This document shows positions 33,201 to 46,600 of a DNA stretch of 64,000 nt, in pieces. Under the pieces are notes generated by a model. The model did not search any database. It was not told where the DNA came from and saw nothing but the letters and a program-made list of their open reading frames with translations. Source of the stretch: Raillietiella orientalis. Its lineage: Eukaryota. The DNA is taken from NCBI GenBank assembly GCA_036172245.1, contig JAYWIR010000037.1, forward strand, positions 496,001-560,000. The letters run 5' to 3'. Each line of letters opens with the position of its first letter. Within the stretch, counting starts at the first letter, position 1. Made by a program: the position numbers and the translations under genes.

Positions 33201-34708
33201 TCCATCCCGTTCCTCCCGCGAGCGAGAGGCAAGCGGAAGGAGGGATGCGAAACGAGCTGCCTCCTCGGGGAAGTTCCGGGAAAGCGGAGGAGGCGACGCA
33301 CGCAGTTGGGATTCGTCCCCAGGATCGCCTTCCCTTGTCCTCGTCGTCTGGAGGAGAGGGTGGAGATCCGGAAAAGGAGAGAAGAAAGATATCCACTCTT
33401 TCCTCCCTCCTCCGTGATCGGAAAAGGAGCTTCCTCGCGGAAACAGGAGCCGGAAAGAGGGATTTCCAACCCACCTCCTTCTATTCTTCCAATCCCTCCG
33501 CCAGGATGAGGCTGAGCGCCCTTTAGGAAAGTTCCCAGCTTCCCTAAAGAAAATCCCTTTCTCCCCCTGCGCGCAGACTTCCCTAACGGTCGGGGACAAT
33601 CTCAAGCGCGAGCGCCGCCGGAAGGATCGCCTGGAGAGTCCTCGGGTAGCAGAGTCTCTCTTCAGGGCGTCCTCGTTCCCCGGGAGGGAGAGATTACGTC
33701 CGGGGCGGACCGCCTGAATTCAGAGGGAGAACTCGATGGAGAATTTTCGGGAACAACCGGAAGTGCAACATGGAGAGGGAGAGGAAAACGGGAACAAAGG
33801 AGGTGGGGAGGCGGGAATGTGACGAAGGGAAAGAGAAAGAAAAATAGGAAACGGAAACGGGAATGAAATGCAGAAAGAACCGGCACGCGCAGAGGGAATA
33901 AAAGGAACGACAAGGAGACCACAACACGGGACTGAAATCGCGATGGGAAAGGAGGAAGCCCAGGTAGCGAATTTTGAGGGAATCCCACGACAGAGACAAG
34001 CTGTAAGATGGGAACGGAGGTCCTGGCGGCAGTGGAACAGCACCGCAATGCAAGAAATCCGCAAGAGCGCATCGAGAGGGGATCGCGCAGGCGCGGGCAA
34101 CCCAAACGCTATGCGGTGCTTCCCGGAACGGGCAAGTTTCTCGCTTGCTTTCCTTCGGGAGAGGGAGGAGGAAGGGGAGAAAAAAGGAGAAAGACGCCGT
34201 TCCTGAGCGGCTCATGCCAATGGGAATCCCTTCGAATCCTGCAAGAAACGGACGTGCTGGTCTCCACCTGATCAGGCTGAAGATAAGCCTTTCGCACAGA
34301 AAGTTTCGTGCCTATATACACGAAACTGAATCAGTCGAAGGGGAAGCACAGCTCTCGGGTGGCAGCGACTCTTCTGGAAATTTGGGAATCTTCTTACCGA
34401 CTTTGATGCCGGGGGGGTCCTGCAGAATCAGAGTCTGCAAGCAGGGAGGGATTCGCTTCTGGGCTTTCTTCCGTGCTATCAGGTATTCGTACATCTGTCG
34501 TTGCTTTTCCGACGCGACGGTAATCACCACCAGATCCCAATGCTGTATGCTTTCGTACTCTAAAACGCACAGTGAGAGCCATCTACTTCCCTTCCATCCT
34601 CCTGAAATTCCCCAGCCAGGCACACAGCGGGCAAACTAGAGAGAACTTGGCAAAAAACCTTAGTGACACGTCGCACAAACGGATCTTCCGGCAAGACGAA
34701 TCAGCCAT
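30281..34708 (-). CDS. FPGT: Fucose-1-phosphate guanylyltransferase (GDP-L-fucose pyrophosphorylase). Core exons: 34559-34398, 32987-32895, 32834-32634, ~31679-31595, ~31542-31406, ~31303-30281; 5' exons 34708-34681 and 34635-34591 tentative
   Basis: WDLVVITVASEKQ...DPPGIKV, LIVHAAGLCRRSP..SPLGKLFASVP, LDLKMALY, SASDDIE, FTALGHLSSLDVGATHGVYVL, CRRVLQKPS, VTDSVF, ESRFYHLGTMKEYL and CSLWNAAIFPV follow the FPGT order. Internal introns are GT-AG with consistent phase; no GHMP kinase domain follows. Confidence 0.9.
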
Positions 34709-35699
34709 TCGACGCTTTCAGATTCCCAATAGCAAGAAGGGGGAAAAGGGCTTGCAAGATCATGGACGTCCGGTTTGAAGGCATTTGGAGAGACAATGGG
34801 AAATGGGACACAAGTGCATCCCGATGGGCTTCGCGCAAGAAACCACCAGAGATCATGACGGGGCTCAATTGGGCTGTGATGACTCTAGTCACAGCCGGGG
34901 ACATAAGGAAGAACAGATAAAGGCTGTCACCAAGACAAGACTTCAGTAGCATGCATTGAACAACATCGCAACAAGGGATGTGAGGGGAAACATCTAGGAC
35001 AACAAGACTAAGTGTGCAAAGGTATTAGAGGCTTCCGTAAGGAATGCATGAGTGAATTGGATTAGCTTAGGAACCGGGATTCCAACTCAGCCACACAGAC
35101 CCGGTATCGACGAGTAAGACGCCCGAAAGCGGAGTTACTCAAAGAGATCCCCAAAAGATAAAAGACGGATTTAACACTTTTAAAATCTTCCGGTCCCAAG
35201 AGCTTGACTTGTGAACAAAACGAAATTCTATAAGATACTTAAGCACTAATTATGCTCAAGGAGGAGGAAGTCGAGATAAACACATTGTTCATACTGGGAA
35301 AGAATCCTAAGAGATCCCTGATAAACATCAAGCAAAATTCAGAGCTGATCTTCTTCAATCACGTTAGATGCTCAACATGAGATCAGAAAAATTCAAGGGA
35401 TGCAGTATATATATCTGTATAAGCAATAATGCTCCGTCAAGTCTTATTAACCAACGTTAACCAGTATTGGCGAGATTCTTTCAAGATGAAGGTGAACATA
35501 TAACAAAATCAAGTTCATGGACATGATGCTTCTGCACGCGGAAGAACAAGAATACATACTCAAGAATAAGGGATCGCTAAGACAACACTGCCAATTCCAA
35601 TAAAAGCACTTGGTTTGCAATTTCCAGCAGAAAACTATCTTGTAGTGGACCTGTATTACGAATTACATTTAAAGGAGAATGAAAAGCGTAGAAAAGAGG

Positions 35700-36600
35700 A
35701 ACAGGTCAATTAGCTTGTCAAGTACTTAAAGAATACAATAGTAATCAGCTACTGAGCCTTCCTTTTATTCGTTTTCGCTTCTTTTATAAAAAAAAGAAAA
35801 ACAGTTTCATTTCATTGCATAAAATTTCAATTGCAGAAATAGCTCTTGTTTAAACAAGTAATTCTTCAGCTGTATCATATCATCTAGTAATGCATTTTAA
35901 TGCATCATACTTCAATCTAGATCATGAAAAGAGCACTTTTCGACAAAATGGACTGCATTAACTCTTCCTCGATTGGTAATCGAGTCCTAAAATTAGATTT
36001 GCACTTTGAGTTCAGCGCTGGACGTGGTGGTTAGAAATTAAACGCTCTAAAACATGAAGGACCACAGAATAGATGATTTCGCGATTTGCAGATAAAATCC
36101 GTTTTCCATAACACATCGAGGCTATTGCTATGCAAATCTCTAAAAACCCGCATTCTTATACTGCTCCTGCATACAAAAAAATGATAAAGCTGAACACACG
36201 TGTTTGAAATCACTTGTGCCTGACAAGAGACTGCAACCATTTATAATTTAATGTATTTGATACATCTTCAGCCTCCATCAACACATGTGGCGCTCGCACT
36301 GAACCGGAAATGCAGTTTTTTGCCAGATAACCCACCTACACAATTATAAGAGTAATAAATAAATTCATTTTCTTCAAGAAAATCAAACAACAGCACCCAT
36401 CCAATTTTATATCAGATCTATCGGTAGAGTTCCTGAAGCTCAGGCTGATTTACGCTAACGCTGCAATTGAAATTGGATTGCAGTGCAGACTTTTCGTCGG
36501 ATTCCCCCTTTCCTTAACATGCGCTCGAAAACGAATTTCATTCACTCGGGAACAGATGAACACTTGAGTGTTGATTTAACAAACAATATCATACTTACCA
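35700..36600 (-). mobile_element. Possible decayed MULE-like transposase remnant between FPGT and BLTP1
   Basis: Broken minus-strand peptides DFKHV / CVQLYH and KCSFH appear in the order of MULE DGTF..QLY..C.FH motifs. Weak. Confidence 0.25.
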
Positions 36601-37645
36601 AAAACATACCTTTGAATGCAAGATGAAACACATGCTTTCAAATCGGTTAATCTGCTGCCTTTATTCATCGTAAAAATGAAGAATGACAAGAATGAGAAAA
36701 AAAAAAAAAAAAAAAAGGGGATTTACACAGTCAATCGAGCATGGCAATGTTGTCGATACGTTTTGCAAGGCGACTGAACTTAAGTCTGTTCGCAGGAGAC
36801 TTACGGGAAAAGCGCGCACTCCGCCTGCTGTTGTGGGTGCACGCAAGGTAGCAATGACAGCAGGAGTCTCGACTTGATATGGTATTTGAAGTTAGTTCCT
36901 CCAGTAATAAAAACCACATTTACCATACAGAACACAGATTTGCTTTTCATTATAAGTAAAGGTGAAGAAGTAATTTGGTTGCATTAGGTAGGATGTGCAC
37001 TGAACTGGAATACGAAAACTTAATGACTACAGGGAATGTATAAACGTCTTTGTGTTCATGGTGCATAGACATGAATACTTTTGTTTTAGTTTTGTTTTGT
37101 TTTTAAAGAAATTGCTTTCATTAGGTGTGCGAAAGCTGTGTTTTCAGAAAAATAGAAGAAGAGTTTTCGGAGGTTCAGTCAGTCGACAATTTGCTTCTAA
37201 TCATTGAGCTGTGTATTTAAAAATAAAAAAAAATTCTTTTTTTCATTGATTCACCAGTGCGTTTTGATAGACCATTTTTTGACAATGTGTTTTTAGCCAA
37301 AGCTTAACGGTCAACAAGTAATTATGAATTCACAATTGATTTGTGAACAAACACACTTTGCAGCCTTTACCATGCAGTAGCATTTAGATGAATTTTAAAT
37401 CCTTTAGGGTGTATCATAAATAAATTGAAAGACTGGGTATGCTTTTAGTTTTTGTATGTTTCTGATGTATAATAGTAATTGGGTTTTGCAGCTAGCATGT
37501 TCCTTCCTAAATATTTCAAGACATAAAACTGATGCATTTTTTGGTTTACCAAAGACCACCACAGCTTTACTCTCAAAGTGCCATTGCCTCGAAAGATGTA
37601 AACATTCCTTAATTTAAACGTGAGATAATCACATTTATTCAGAAA

Positions 37646-40600
37646 ATGGTCATCACAAAATCTCTGGCTTGGAATGTTATGGATAAGTAAGGAAAGTACA
37701 TATAAATTACAAATTTTAATGAGAGATTTTCATAGAGTGACCTTTGATGATTTGAAATGGGATAGTGACTTGGTCGTACTAGTATTTTCTCTGTTTTCAA
37801 CAATAATTTTAATTGCTTACCTGACCTTTTATAATTCACGGGTGATTGGCTTCCTGTTAACCAAAGCTATCAATCATTGGTTCCCTAATGCAGATATTAA
37901 GTTTGGTAATATTTGTTAAAAGCATTTACTGCTTTAAATTGCAATACTCTTTTTGGGTCCTCAGGATCTGTTAGTTTCTTCCCTTTGACAGGGAAGCTCA
38001 TGTTTCGTGATGTTGTATATGTAACTGTAGACTATACCATTACTGTGCAAGATGGATGGGCCATCTTCAAATGGTGGCAACAGTATATTCCACGTAGTCT
38101 TTCAGAAGGTATGTGATAAAGAAGTTATCTTATTGTGTGCCAGATCTCACTCATTGTCAGGCTCGATTATCCATCCTGTTAAATGGATTACAACTACACA
38201 TGTACAATAGATCACAATTATATAAAGATGTCAGAGAGTGTCGGAAAGCAAAGCTGGAAAATTTTTTATCTGGAACAGAAACAAGCGAATCTCCTTTTAT
38301 GAGGACTCCATCTGAAAGTTTTCTCACGAAATGGATTCTTGCGAGCCGAGACCTAATCCCGGTTATCAAAGTTCACATAAATAAAGTAGGTCAAGCCACA
38401 AGAAATGCAATTTCAGTGTAGGGTCAGGTTGCTGTACTGCTTGGTAATCAATTTGTGCCAACAACTCTAGTTATATGTGCAGAAGAAGCACATGTAAGTT
38501 ACTCAACAAAGCCTGCAGCATGCAGCTTGGATTTGTTCATGCATGTGGTGAAGGGAACTCTGCAAAACTTCAAGGTGAGTAATTGATTTTTGTTAGTTCT
38601 TAACATTGTTTGTAGGTTCTGCTGGCACCCAGTTTACATTATGCAGGTGTACCTGATGATCCACCTCGCTTTATGGGTGAAGGTCTTTGTGTTATGTGCT
38701 CTAGTGAAGTGAACATTTACCTTTATGTAGATCAGCCAGGTAGGATGACAAACATTTGCACATATTAGTTCCTATTGGCTTTTTACCTGTGATAATTTTG
38801 TTTGCATATTGTCTTTTATTTTTTATGGCAGCTTGAAGTCATGTTGTGTATGTCTGATTTTGCTGATGTGAACAAGTTCCTTCTAATGGAGAGGGATAAA
38901 CGTGCATGTTAGTGGTTTATAAATTAAATTAAACATGAATGTGTTGTGTGCATATTTAAAATATGATTAGTTACAAGACAGAACATATGACCTGAAATAT
39001 ATTTGTTTTGAATGAAGAGCATTTCAGAGTTTATATGGAGCTTGTTTACATTAATTTTTATGCTGCTTCGTACTGTATTTGCATATTGATGTTGTTTGTT
39101 TTCTCATATTTTGTCGTTCATGCATCTATGGATGGTTCCATTGAAGGACTATTTTTAGTAATGGTCATTTCATGAATAGTTGCATGTCATTTGTAAATAA
39201 TAGGGAGAGGAGAGCCTCAGTTTGTATTCTGAGCATTTGTTTATTGCTAGTAAAGCAACTACTTCAGTGAGTAAGTGTGTTGGCAGTTTTTAAAAATGGT
39301 TTGTGCTTGCCTTTTGTAGAATTTTGAAGTTTTTAATTTCCATTAGCAATTTTATAAATTTAATTTTGAAATAATTATTGGTAGAAATGGCAGAAATGTA
39401 ATTACAATGCTATATTATCCATATTTTAATTTTGGTGGTATGGAGATTTGTGGACTTTTGATGCCTTCGTTCTGTGGAATCTCCACATGTGTGTTCTTGA
39501 AAGTCTGTTCTTGTACTGTTTCATTCCAATTAATTGTTACTGCCAAACGTGCTGATGAAAAGATGCTTGATAATTGTTGGTTTTTCATATAATTTGTAAA
39601 GATGTTGCTTACTGATTCTATCAAGTCATTTCAATGCAACTACCCAGGTGCATTTGAATGTATTATAATAGTTGAACATTAGTCCTCATTATATGTTAGA
39701 ATTGTTGCATTCCACTGGTTTTTTGACTCATAGTTATGTTCTCACAGACACAGATTAAAGCCTACTGGTAGATGTACTTTTGCATTTTGTGTCCCATCTA
39801 GTCATCATAGATGTTCCGTACTGAAACTATACAAATTGTTTTCTACAGTCCATTTTGGGTTCTTGAGTTTTTCATGAGTTTGTAATTAAGAAATGTCATA
39901 AAATTTTATTTCATAAATAAGAATCATTTTTCTTATTGTTGATAGTACCACTTGCTGATAAATCATACCAGCTTGCATTTTTGTGGCCTATGTTTTAAGA
40001 ATAAATTCATCTTTCAGTTAGTATCTAGATCCATAGTTAAAATGTTCCTTCATGTCTCTGTTTTTGTATTTAATGAGTTAGTCATTTTATTTCCTGGTAT
40101 TTTTGTATTTCAGGTTTGTGGCCTGTTCGTGTTCGAGAGATTGATTGTCTGATGTTTCCATTACCAGTTGCAGGACTTGATATCAAGGTTATCTGTGGAT
40201 TTAAATTAACACTGTTATTGTATTTGTTAGTGTGGGCGTGCAACAGAACTCACATATGGTCCATGGATGGATCGACAACGCCAGCATCTTTATCACTTCT
40301 TTTTCCCTTCTAACTACTCTAATCAGCAACCTTGCTCTCCTCCTACACCAGGTGATTTACGACAGTTTCATCAGTTCTCCATTCGTTTGAGCTTGCAAAA
40401 AAAGGCTGCCATGGATATTTTATTTAGCAAAGATAAAGTAAACCTAAAAGCAGCCCAGTAGAGCTGCAAATGCTCTTTTTTATTTTCAATAGGAAACTCA
40501 GGCTTTCCATTTAAATAGTGCAGCTGGTTCTTACATGGAAATAGTTATACCCTGGTCAGTGGAACCTACTGGCACTAAAATGCTGGTTTCTGGACAGTTG

Positions 40601-43600
40601 TTACATGTGGATTCAACAACAAGTTTGGAGGTAGTTATTGTTCTTCACTTTCTCTCATAAATTAAATAAAATGTAGTATCGCACCTTTTTAAGCACAGAG
40701 ACTGTAGGCTTCCAATTAAGTGTCTGCTGGCCCATTGCTTGGAATGGACAGCAACATTGGCATATAGACTTAACATTCTGCAAAACCACCATACATTATT
40801 TATTTGTTCACCAGAAGTTCTTTACTGATTTGATCAATGATTGGTCAAGCCGTACTAGACCAGACATTTATTCCTTTATCCCATACATGTATCATGTTCA
40901 AATGAAGTTTACTAATTTGGAACTAATCTTATTAGTTAATGATTATAATTGGGTGGATTGTTCTCCCCAAGAACCAGATAACTGTGAGCATTCAATTTTT
41001 CGAGTTGGCTGAAATTAATGGATTCCTAATTTAAGGTATGATGGCTTTCTGTGGAGAAGATGTATCTGTTGCTTTTGATTTACCGATCACTGATTTTTGT
41101 CCACCAAAAAAGAAGTTCTGCTTTAGTTTGGAAGTCTCCCATGTTTTCCTTAGCCTTTATTTACCCAAAGCACATACTTCTCATACTGCTCTTCATTCCT
41201 TAGGGGCTCAAGGTGGGATTCCAGTTTGCTGCCCAGAACATCAGCAATCAACTGGTTCTCAAAAATGGCATCGTGCTTGCAATCCTGAGTATGTTTATAA
41301 CATCCTTCACTTAGCATAGGTTGTTTACAGAGCCTGGGTGGATGCTTGTTGGTCACCCTTTTTGTCTTTGAGCATTCTCTATGACTATTATCCAATGTAT
41401 CCAAAGAGACATCATTTCTCCCGAAGTGTCACATATCAAGAGAGAGAAGAAGAACTTTTGCAGCCAATCAGGATGCCTACAGGTATTCATCAGATTCATG
41501 GGTTCTGTTTGTAAATTCCACACAGGTACTCAAGTAAATGCATCTGAAGACTGGGATCTCACTCAGTTAGAACCTGATATTATTCTTATTGACATGCATG
41601 TAACCCCATTAACCATGATGCTCTATGGGACTCTTGGGAAAGCAATTTATCAGTTTAAGGTTAGTTACTGAGTTTCTTCATGGAAATATAAGATATTTTG
41701 CGTTTTTTGAATGTAGAGATTGAATAGGGCATCAGTGGAAGCTGTTTTATTCTCTTAAAGCCTAAAAATTAAGGACTTTCGGAATTACTTTTGATTCAAG
41801 TTAGGAAATGAGATTGTGTGTTCATACACAAATGATTGAATCAGAATCATAGAATGCATTACTAAATGTATTGTGCATTTACACAGTTGGTTAGAAAATG
41901 GAGTAGGGTTGACATATTGTGAGCTATTGTATATGAGATACAGTACAAAAACCATATCATGAAGTGATCACCATATCATGATAAGAAATGAAAATTTAAT
42001 GAAATGTTTGGTAAACTTGCAGTCTTAACTAATTCTCATATAAATTAACTGATCTTCATAACTTGGTTCTAGAGGTCATTAGTGTGATTACTGTCAAAAT
42101 ATTTTAAATGATAGCTTCTTTATTATAATGTTATCTGGGCAGAGCATTCCCCTATTTAAGTTCGTAATGTATTGATTCTTCTCAATTGTACATTGTTTTC
42201 TACTTTTTTTGGTGCCCACGTACTAAAAAATGATAAGTGTTTTTTCCTGGAAAACAATCACAGAGGAAACACCCTCTGCTGTCAGTGTATAAGGATTCTG
42301 AAGTTGAGTTTAATTGAAATCTCTTCTATTATTATCTTATTGTTCACCAGCTGTACCTTATAATTTGTATCAGATAAACTTCTTAATTGATTTTCTCATA
42401 GAAATTAGCACACATCTTTTGATTACTTTCAGCCACGAATATTGTTATAAAAATTAAGTTTATCATATTGGGAAATAGTTTGCAAATTGCCTTAAAAGAT
42501 AAAGTATCGATAGGACTTCATTACTTTCACAATCTGAAGGAGCTGCAGAGTAATTTGATCAAAAAATGTATAACAAACAAAAATATGTTTCAATCACATG
42601 TATTCAATCAGCAGATATGCTGATTGAATACATGTACATGGAAGTTGAGTAAATGAAGAGATAACAGTGAACTTAAAGAACAAAAGGTTTGAAAGAACTT
42701 TTCTTTGCTATGTGAAGGATGATCGGTGAAAATGATTAAAAGTGGAAATTAAATCGCAAAAAAACAAAAAAAACAAAAGAAAAGTTTACACAAACAGTGA
42801 CCATGATGAGAGGAAAATGCAGAGTGGAAAATATGAAGAATTTAAAAGTTAGAAGATAGTATCAGGATAGAAAAAAACACGGCAAGAAAAACAGAATGAG
42901 AAAATGCGGATTTTGCATCTCTCACATGTTTGCAAACAGGATGGAGTTCTGTACTTTTGGAAAATATATTTTGTTAATTATTAGAAATTAGACACAGAAA
43001 AACTTTAGATCTTTGGTGAAGTTAATAGACAGATAAGCAGAAGCAATACTGATAGATGATATGAGTCTGGATTTTGAAACTTTCTTGAACATGGTTTAGT
43101 TATAATTAGGATTATTATTCCAGAAATTTAATTGATGGATTGCAGTTTTGTTATTCCAATTAAAGAAATTAAATGATGGTTAACGATAAATAACATGCTT
43201 AGAAGCTAATGAAGCTAAACTTGTTTTGAAGTAGTTAGCGAAATTTTTGTGCACACATTTCAAAATGGGAGAGAACTGCAGATATGGAACAAAGTGAGAA
43301 CCATTAAAAATTTGTTTTCCCAATCGATGTTACAGTGTTCCTATTTGTGTTCATGTCACACACACATTCATGCTGTCTTGTAGCAGATGTATAATGATAG
43401 TTCAAAAACTAACCAAATTAGTTGTATCTCTTTAACAATGCCCATATTTCAGGAAAATTATTTTGGAAGTTGTCAGACCTTTTTTGATATGGAGCAAGAT
43501 AATGTAGAAGTTTCCCGCCATAACCATTCAGTATCAGATATTCGCCATTTTCGACCATTGCATTTGAATTTAACCTTGAAGCTCAATTGCATTCATGCTC

Positions 43601-46600
43601 ATCTTCCAACTGTTAGTAATAAGTGTTGGTAGAACAGTCATATGATTTGAAATATCAGTATTGCAGTCCTCAGGATCCTATTTCTCCTGTTTTAAGCATA
43701 CAGCAACTTGTGTTTGAAATGAAGAAAACACACACCCAAATGCAGATGCAAGTTGTATTATCTCCCATTATCATCCAGATGAAAACTAGCAGCAAATACG
43801 TTGATTCTGATATTTTGAAGGAGGGTCATTTGGTGCTTTCAGCATTTCAGGTTAGTTCATGAAAGAAACTATGGGAATGTGTACTATGAGTAAATAATAA
43901 ATGGTTATTTACAATGTTGTTATAATTGAATGTCATTTGTTAATTGCTTCATTACTACAAAAAGTAAATTATTTTCAGATGAGAGCTCAGGCCATGTACA
44001 GTCATGAAGGATGTCAAATTCATGAGGAAAGCTTAGAATATGCATGGTTAGTACACTATCATCTTGGAGAGTTGGCTGGCAAATTGACTCTTCCACAGGT
44101 TTTGTACTATTTTTAATTTTCATTGCCCTAATTGGTTTCACAGCTTCTTGTTTTGCTATATGGCTTAGATAGTTTTTTATATCTGCTTTTAAATACTGAG
44201 AACAGTTTGCGTGATCCCAAATCATCAGTTCTACAGACTTCCCATCATGATGATAAGCCTATGGAAGGTGTAGTAGAACCAAACTGTCCTAGTAATGAGG
44301 AGCTGAAGTACAAAATGTTAAAATTTAGCATGGATAGCTTGAATGTGTATCTAGTTGATGCCAACATGGCAATTTGGGTCCAGGTATTTATTCTTTTAAT
44401 TGCTTTCTATTCTTTATTTTAAATTTTCATGAGGTATATCCTTTGCGTGCATCTACTTGCAATCTTCATGGTACACACACACACCAGGGAATTTCAATTT
44501 TGATTGGGTCTCTTCGAATTTCCATGTTAGTCTCCTCCAAATCCAATTTGTCTTCTGTATCTATAAGGGACGATATGACTTCTACTGTTTGGCTTGAAGC
44601 AGCACATGCATGCTTAGATACTTTGATAATAGATTTTGGTATGAGTCCTGCAGAATTTGGATGCGATTGGAGGCAGCTGCAGCAAGCGTAAGATTGTTTA
44701 AAATTCAGGTGTGGTAACTGCCTCTTAGTTTTTTACAAACACATGATAGCAAAAGTCACAGTTTGTTTTTCTTATGGGAAACCAAGCAAAGCTGTGGATG
44801 CATTGGTGGCTGTAGATTTTTTGGCAGAAATTTGAATGCAAAAAAGTTCTTTCAGCCATCAGTTGATGATGCAAAGGATTCTTCAAATTCGATATATTCT
44901 AGGTAATCAAACTGAAAGCGAACTTTCAAACGAATTTTCCGTAGGAATGAAGAAAACAAAGAAAACATTGGATTTGGGCAGAGTTTATTTTCATTTCAAG
45001 ACGTTTTAAATGTTAATTATGATGGATATTTCTCTTCAGAACATTCTTGTTCTCAACTGTTTGATGCATATTTACCCTGTAATTCTTTATGTAGAAGGAA
45101 GTTTTCTTCAGAGCTAAGTTCTGGAGATTTAAGGAAAACCAAACAGACACTACGGAATTCGAATTTAAAAAAAGGTAACACTTGCTCTCCAATTATGTAG
45201 CAGATTAATAATGCTGTGCGATTGTTAATTGCATCTGGCGGTGTCTTGCGGAATAATACTTTTCAATTTGTTGAAAAGAATTCGATCTTTATTTTGTGAT
45301 TCTGTAGTTCATGTTTTGTTTTGTTTTCTCTCTTTTTAGGATGTGAAAGCACTATTAAGGAGAATGTTTCTGCAACTGCTGATGCTGAGCAGTTTAAATC
45401 CTGTGAAAATTTTGATCGTCTTTCTGCAAATAGGTTTCAGGGTGACAAACTGCAACATTTTAAATTTCCAGCTGCGTGTAGATCAGATACAATGGAATCA
45501 TCACCCGAATTGCACAACATCAGTGCCTTACCTGCTAAGGTGTTTAAAATCAAGATTCACAGTTTTGGTATTTTGAGCTAAGATCAGTTTTCTTCCTGCA
45601 GACTCAAAGAGAATCTGGTAGCTCAACATCTTCTGAAATGTCTACTTCTTCTTTTATTTCTGCTGTTTCTACCCCTAATGAGCCTCCATTAGTGGATCTC
45701 CAGCAGCAAATTCGGAAACCAATTGTTGATTCTCCCTTGCTAATGTGTGGTTATCAAGTCCATTTGACTCAGGTAAGTGCATAGCTTGTTCATACTTGAT
45801 AAACTGCTTCCTCAAGTTTTCTTGCAGTAATTGGAATGCTCCATCACCTCCATTCAATGTGCCATTAAGGTGTTTAACTAATAAAAGAAAAGCAAGCCTT
45901 GCACCCTCCCAGAATATGTGGCTACCGTTTTTTAATCGCATCAGCTCTGGAGCATCACAAATTCGATTGAAGAAAAGGAAAAGAGGTCTTGCCAAAGTTC
46001 CACCAAAGAGTTTCACGGAGGGCAGTTGGGAAGGTAAATCGGCCACGGTTATGTCAGGTAATTTAAAGTTAGTAATAAAACTTCATGTGGCTTCATTTTT
46101 TGAATTACACAGAAAACCAGCTTTCTACGAAAAATGTAGACAGCAATATCGGTAAAACGGTGATTTATGTTCAAGTCAGTGAGCCTGTTGATTTGGTTGT
46201 TTCACCCTTGGCAGTTGAAGCTTTAGAGAAGTACATTATATTTCAATAGTTTCATATTACTCATGCGTTTGCAGAATTTTGAGCCCTTTGCCTTTAATTT
46301 TTGAAAATCTTCATCCACTTCAAGTGATTAACAGAATTCACTGCCAATGCATATCTCAGGTAGAGAAGAAAAACGTTCTTAAGAAAGGACGTCATCAACC
46401 TTGGAGTGAATCACAAAAAAGTAAAGGCTCTCCCATGAAAATTATGGGAGGACAAGTACACGAGGAAACACGTGCTCAGCAAATACAACTATCAGCTCAT
46501 GTTCCTTTAATCAATGTAGTTTTTTTACAAGCTAACATTGTGGAATCACTCATTACCATGTCAGCACTTGATAACATACAAGATCTTGTCAGTGTTTCAT

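Noticed and set aside
30281..34708. Bifunctional fucokinase/GDP-fucose pyrophosphorylase or bacterial horizontal transfer
   Set aside because: The ORF stops after the pyrophosphorylase region with no GHMP kinase motifs, and the gene has spliceosomal introns.
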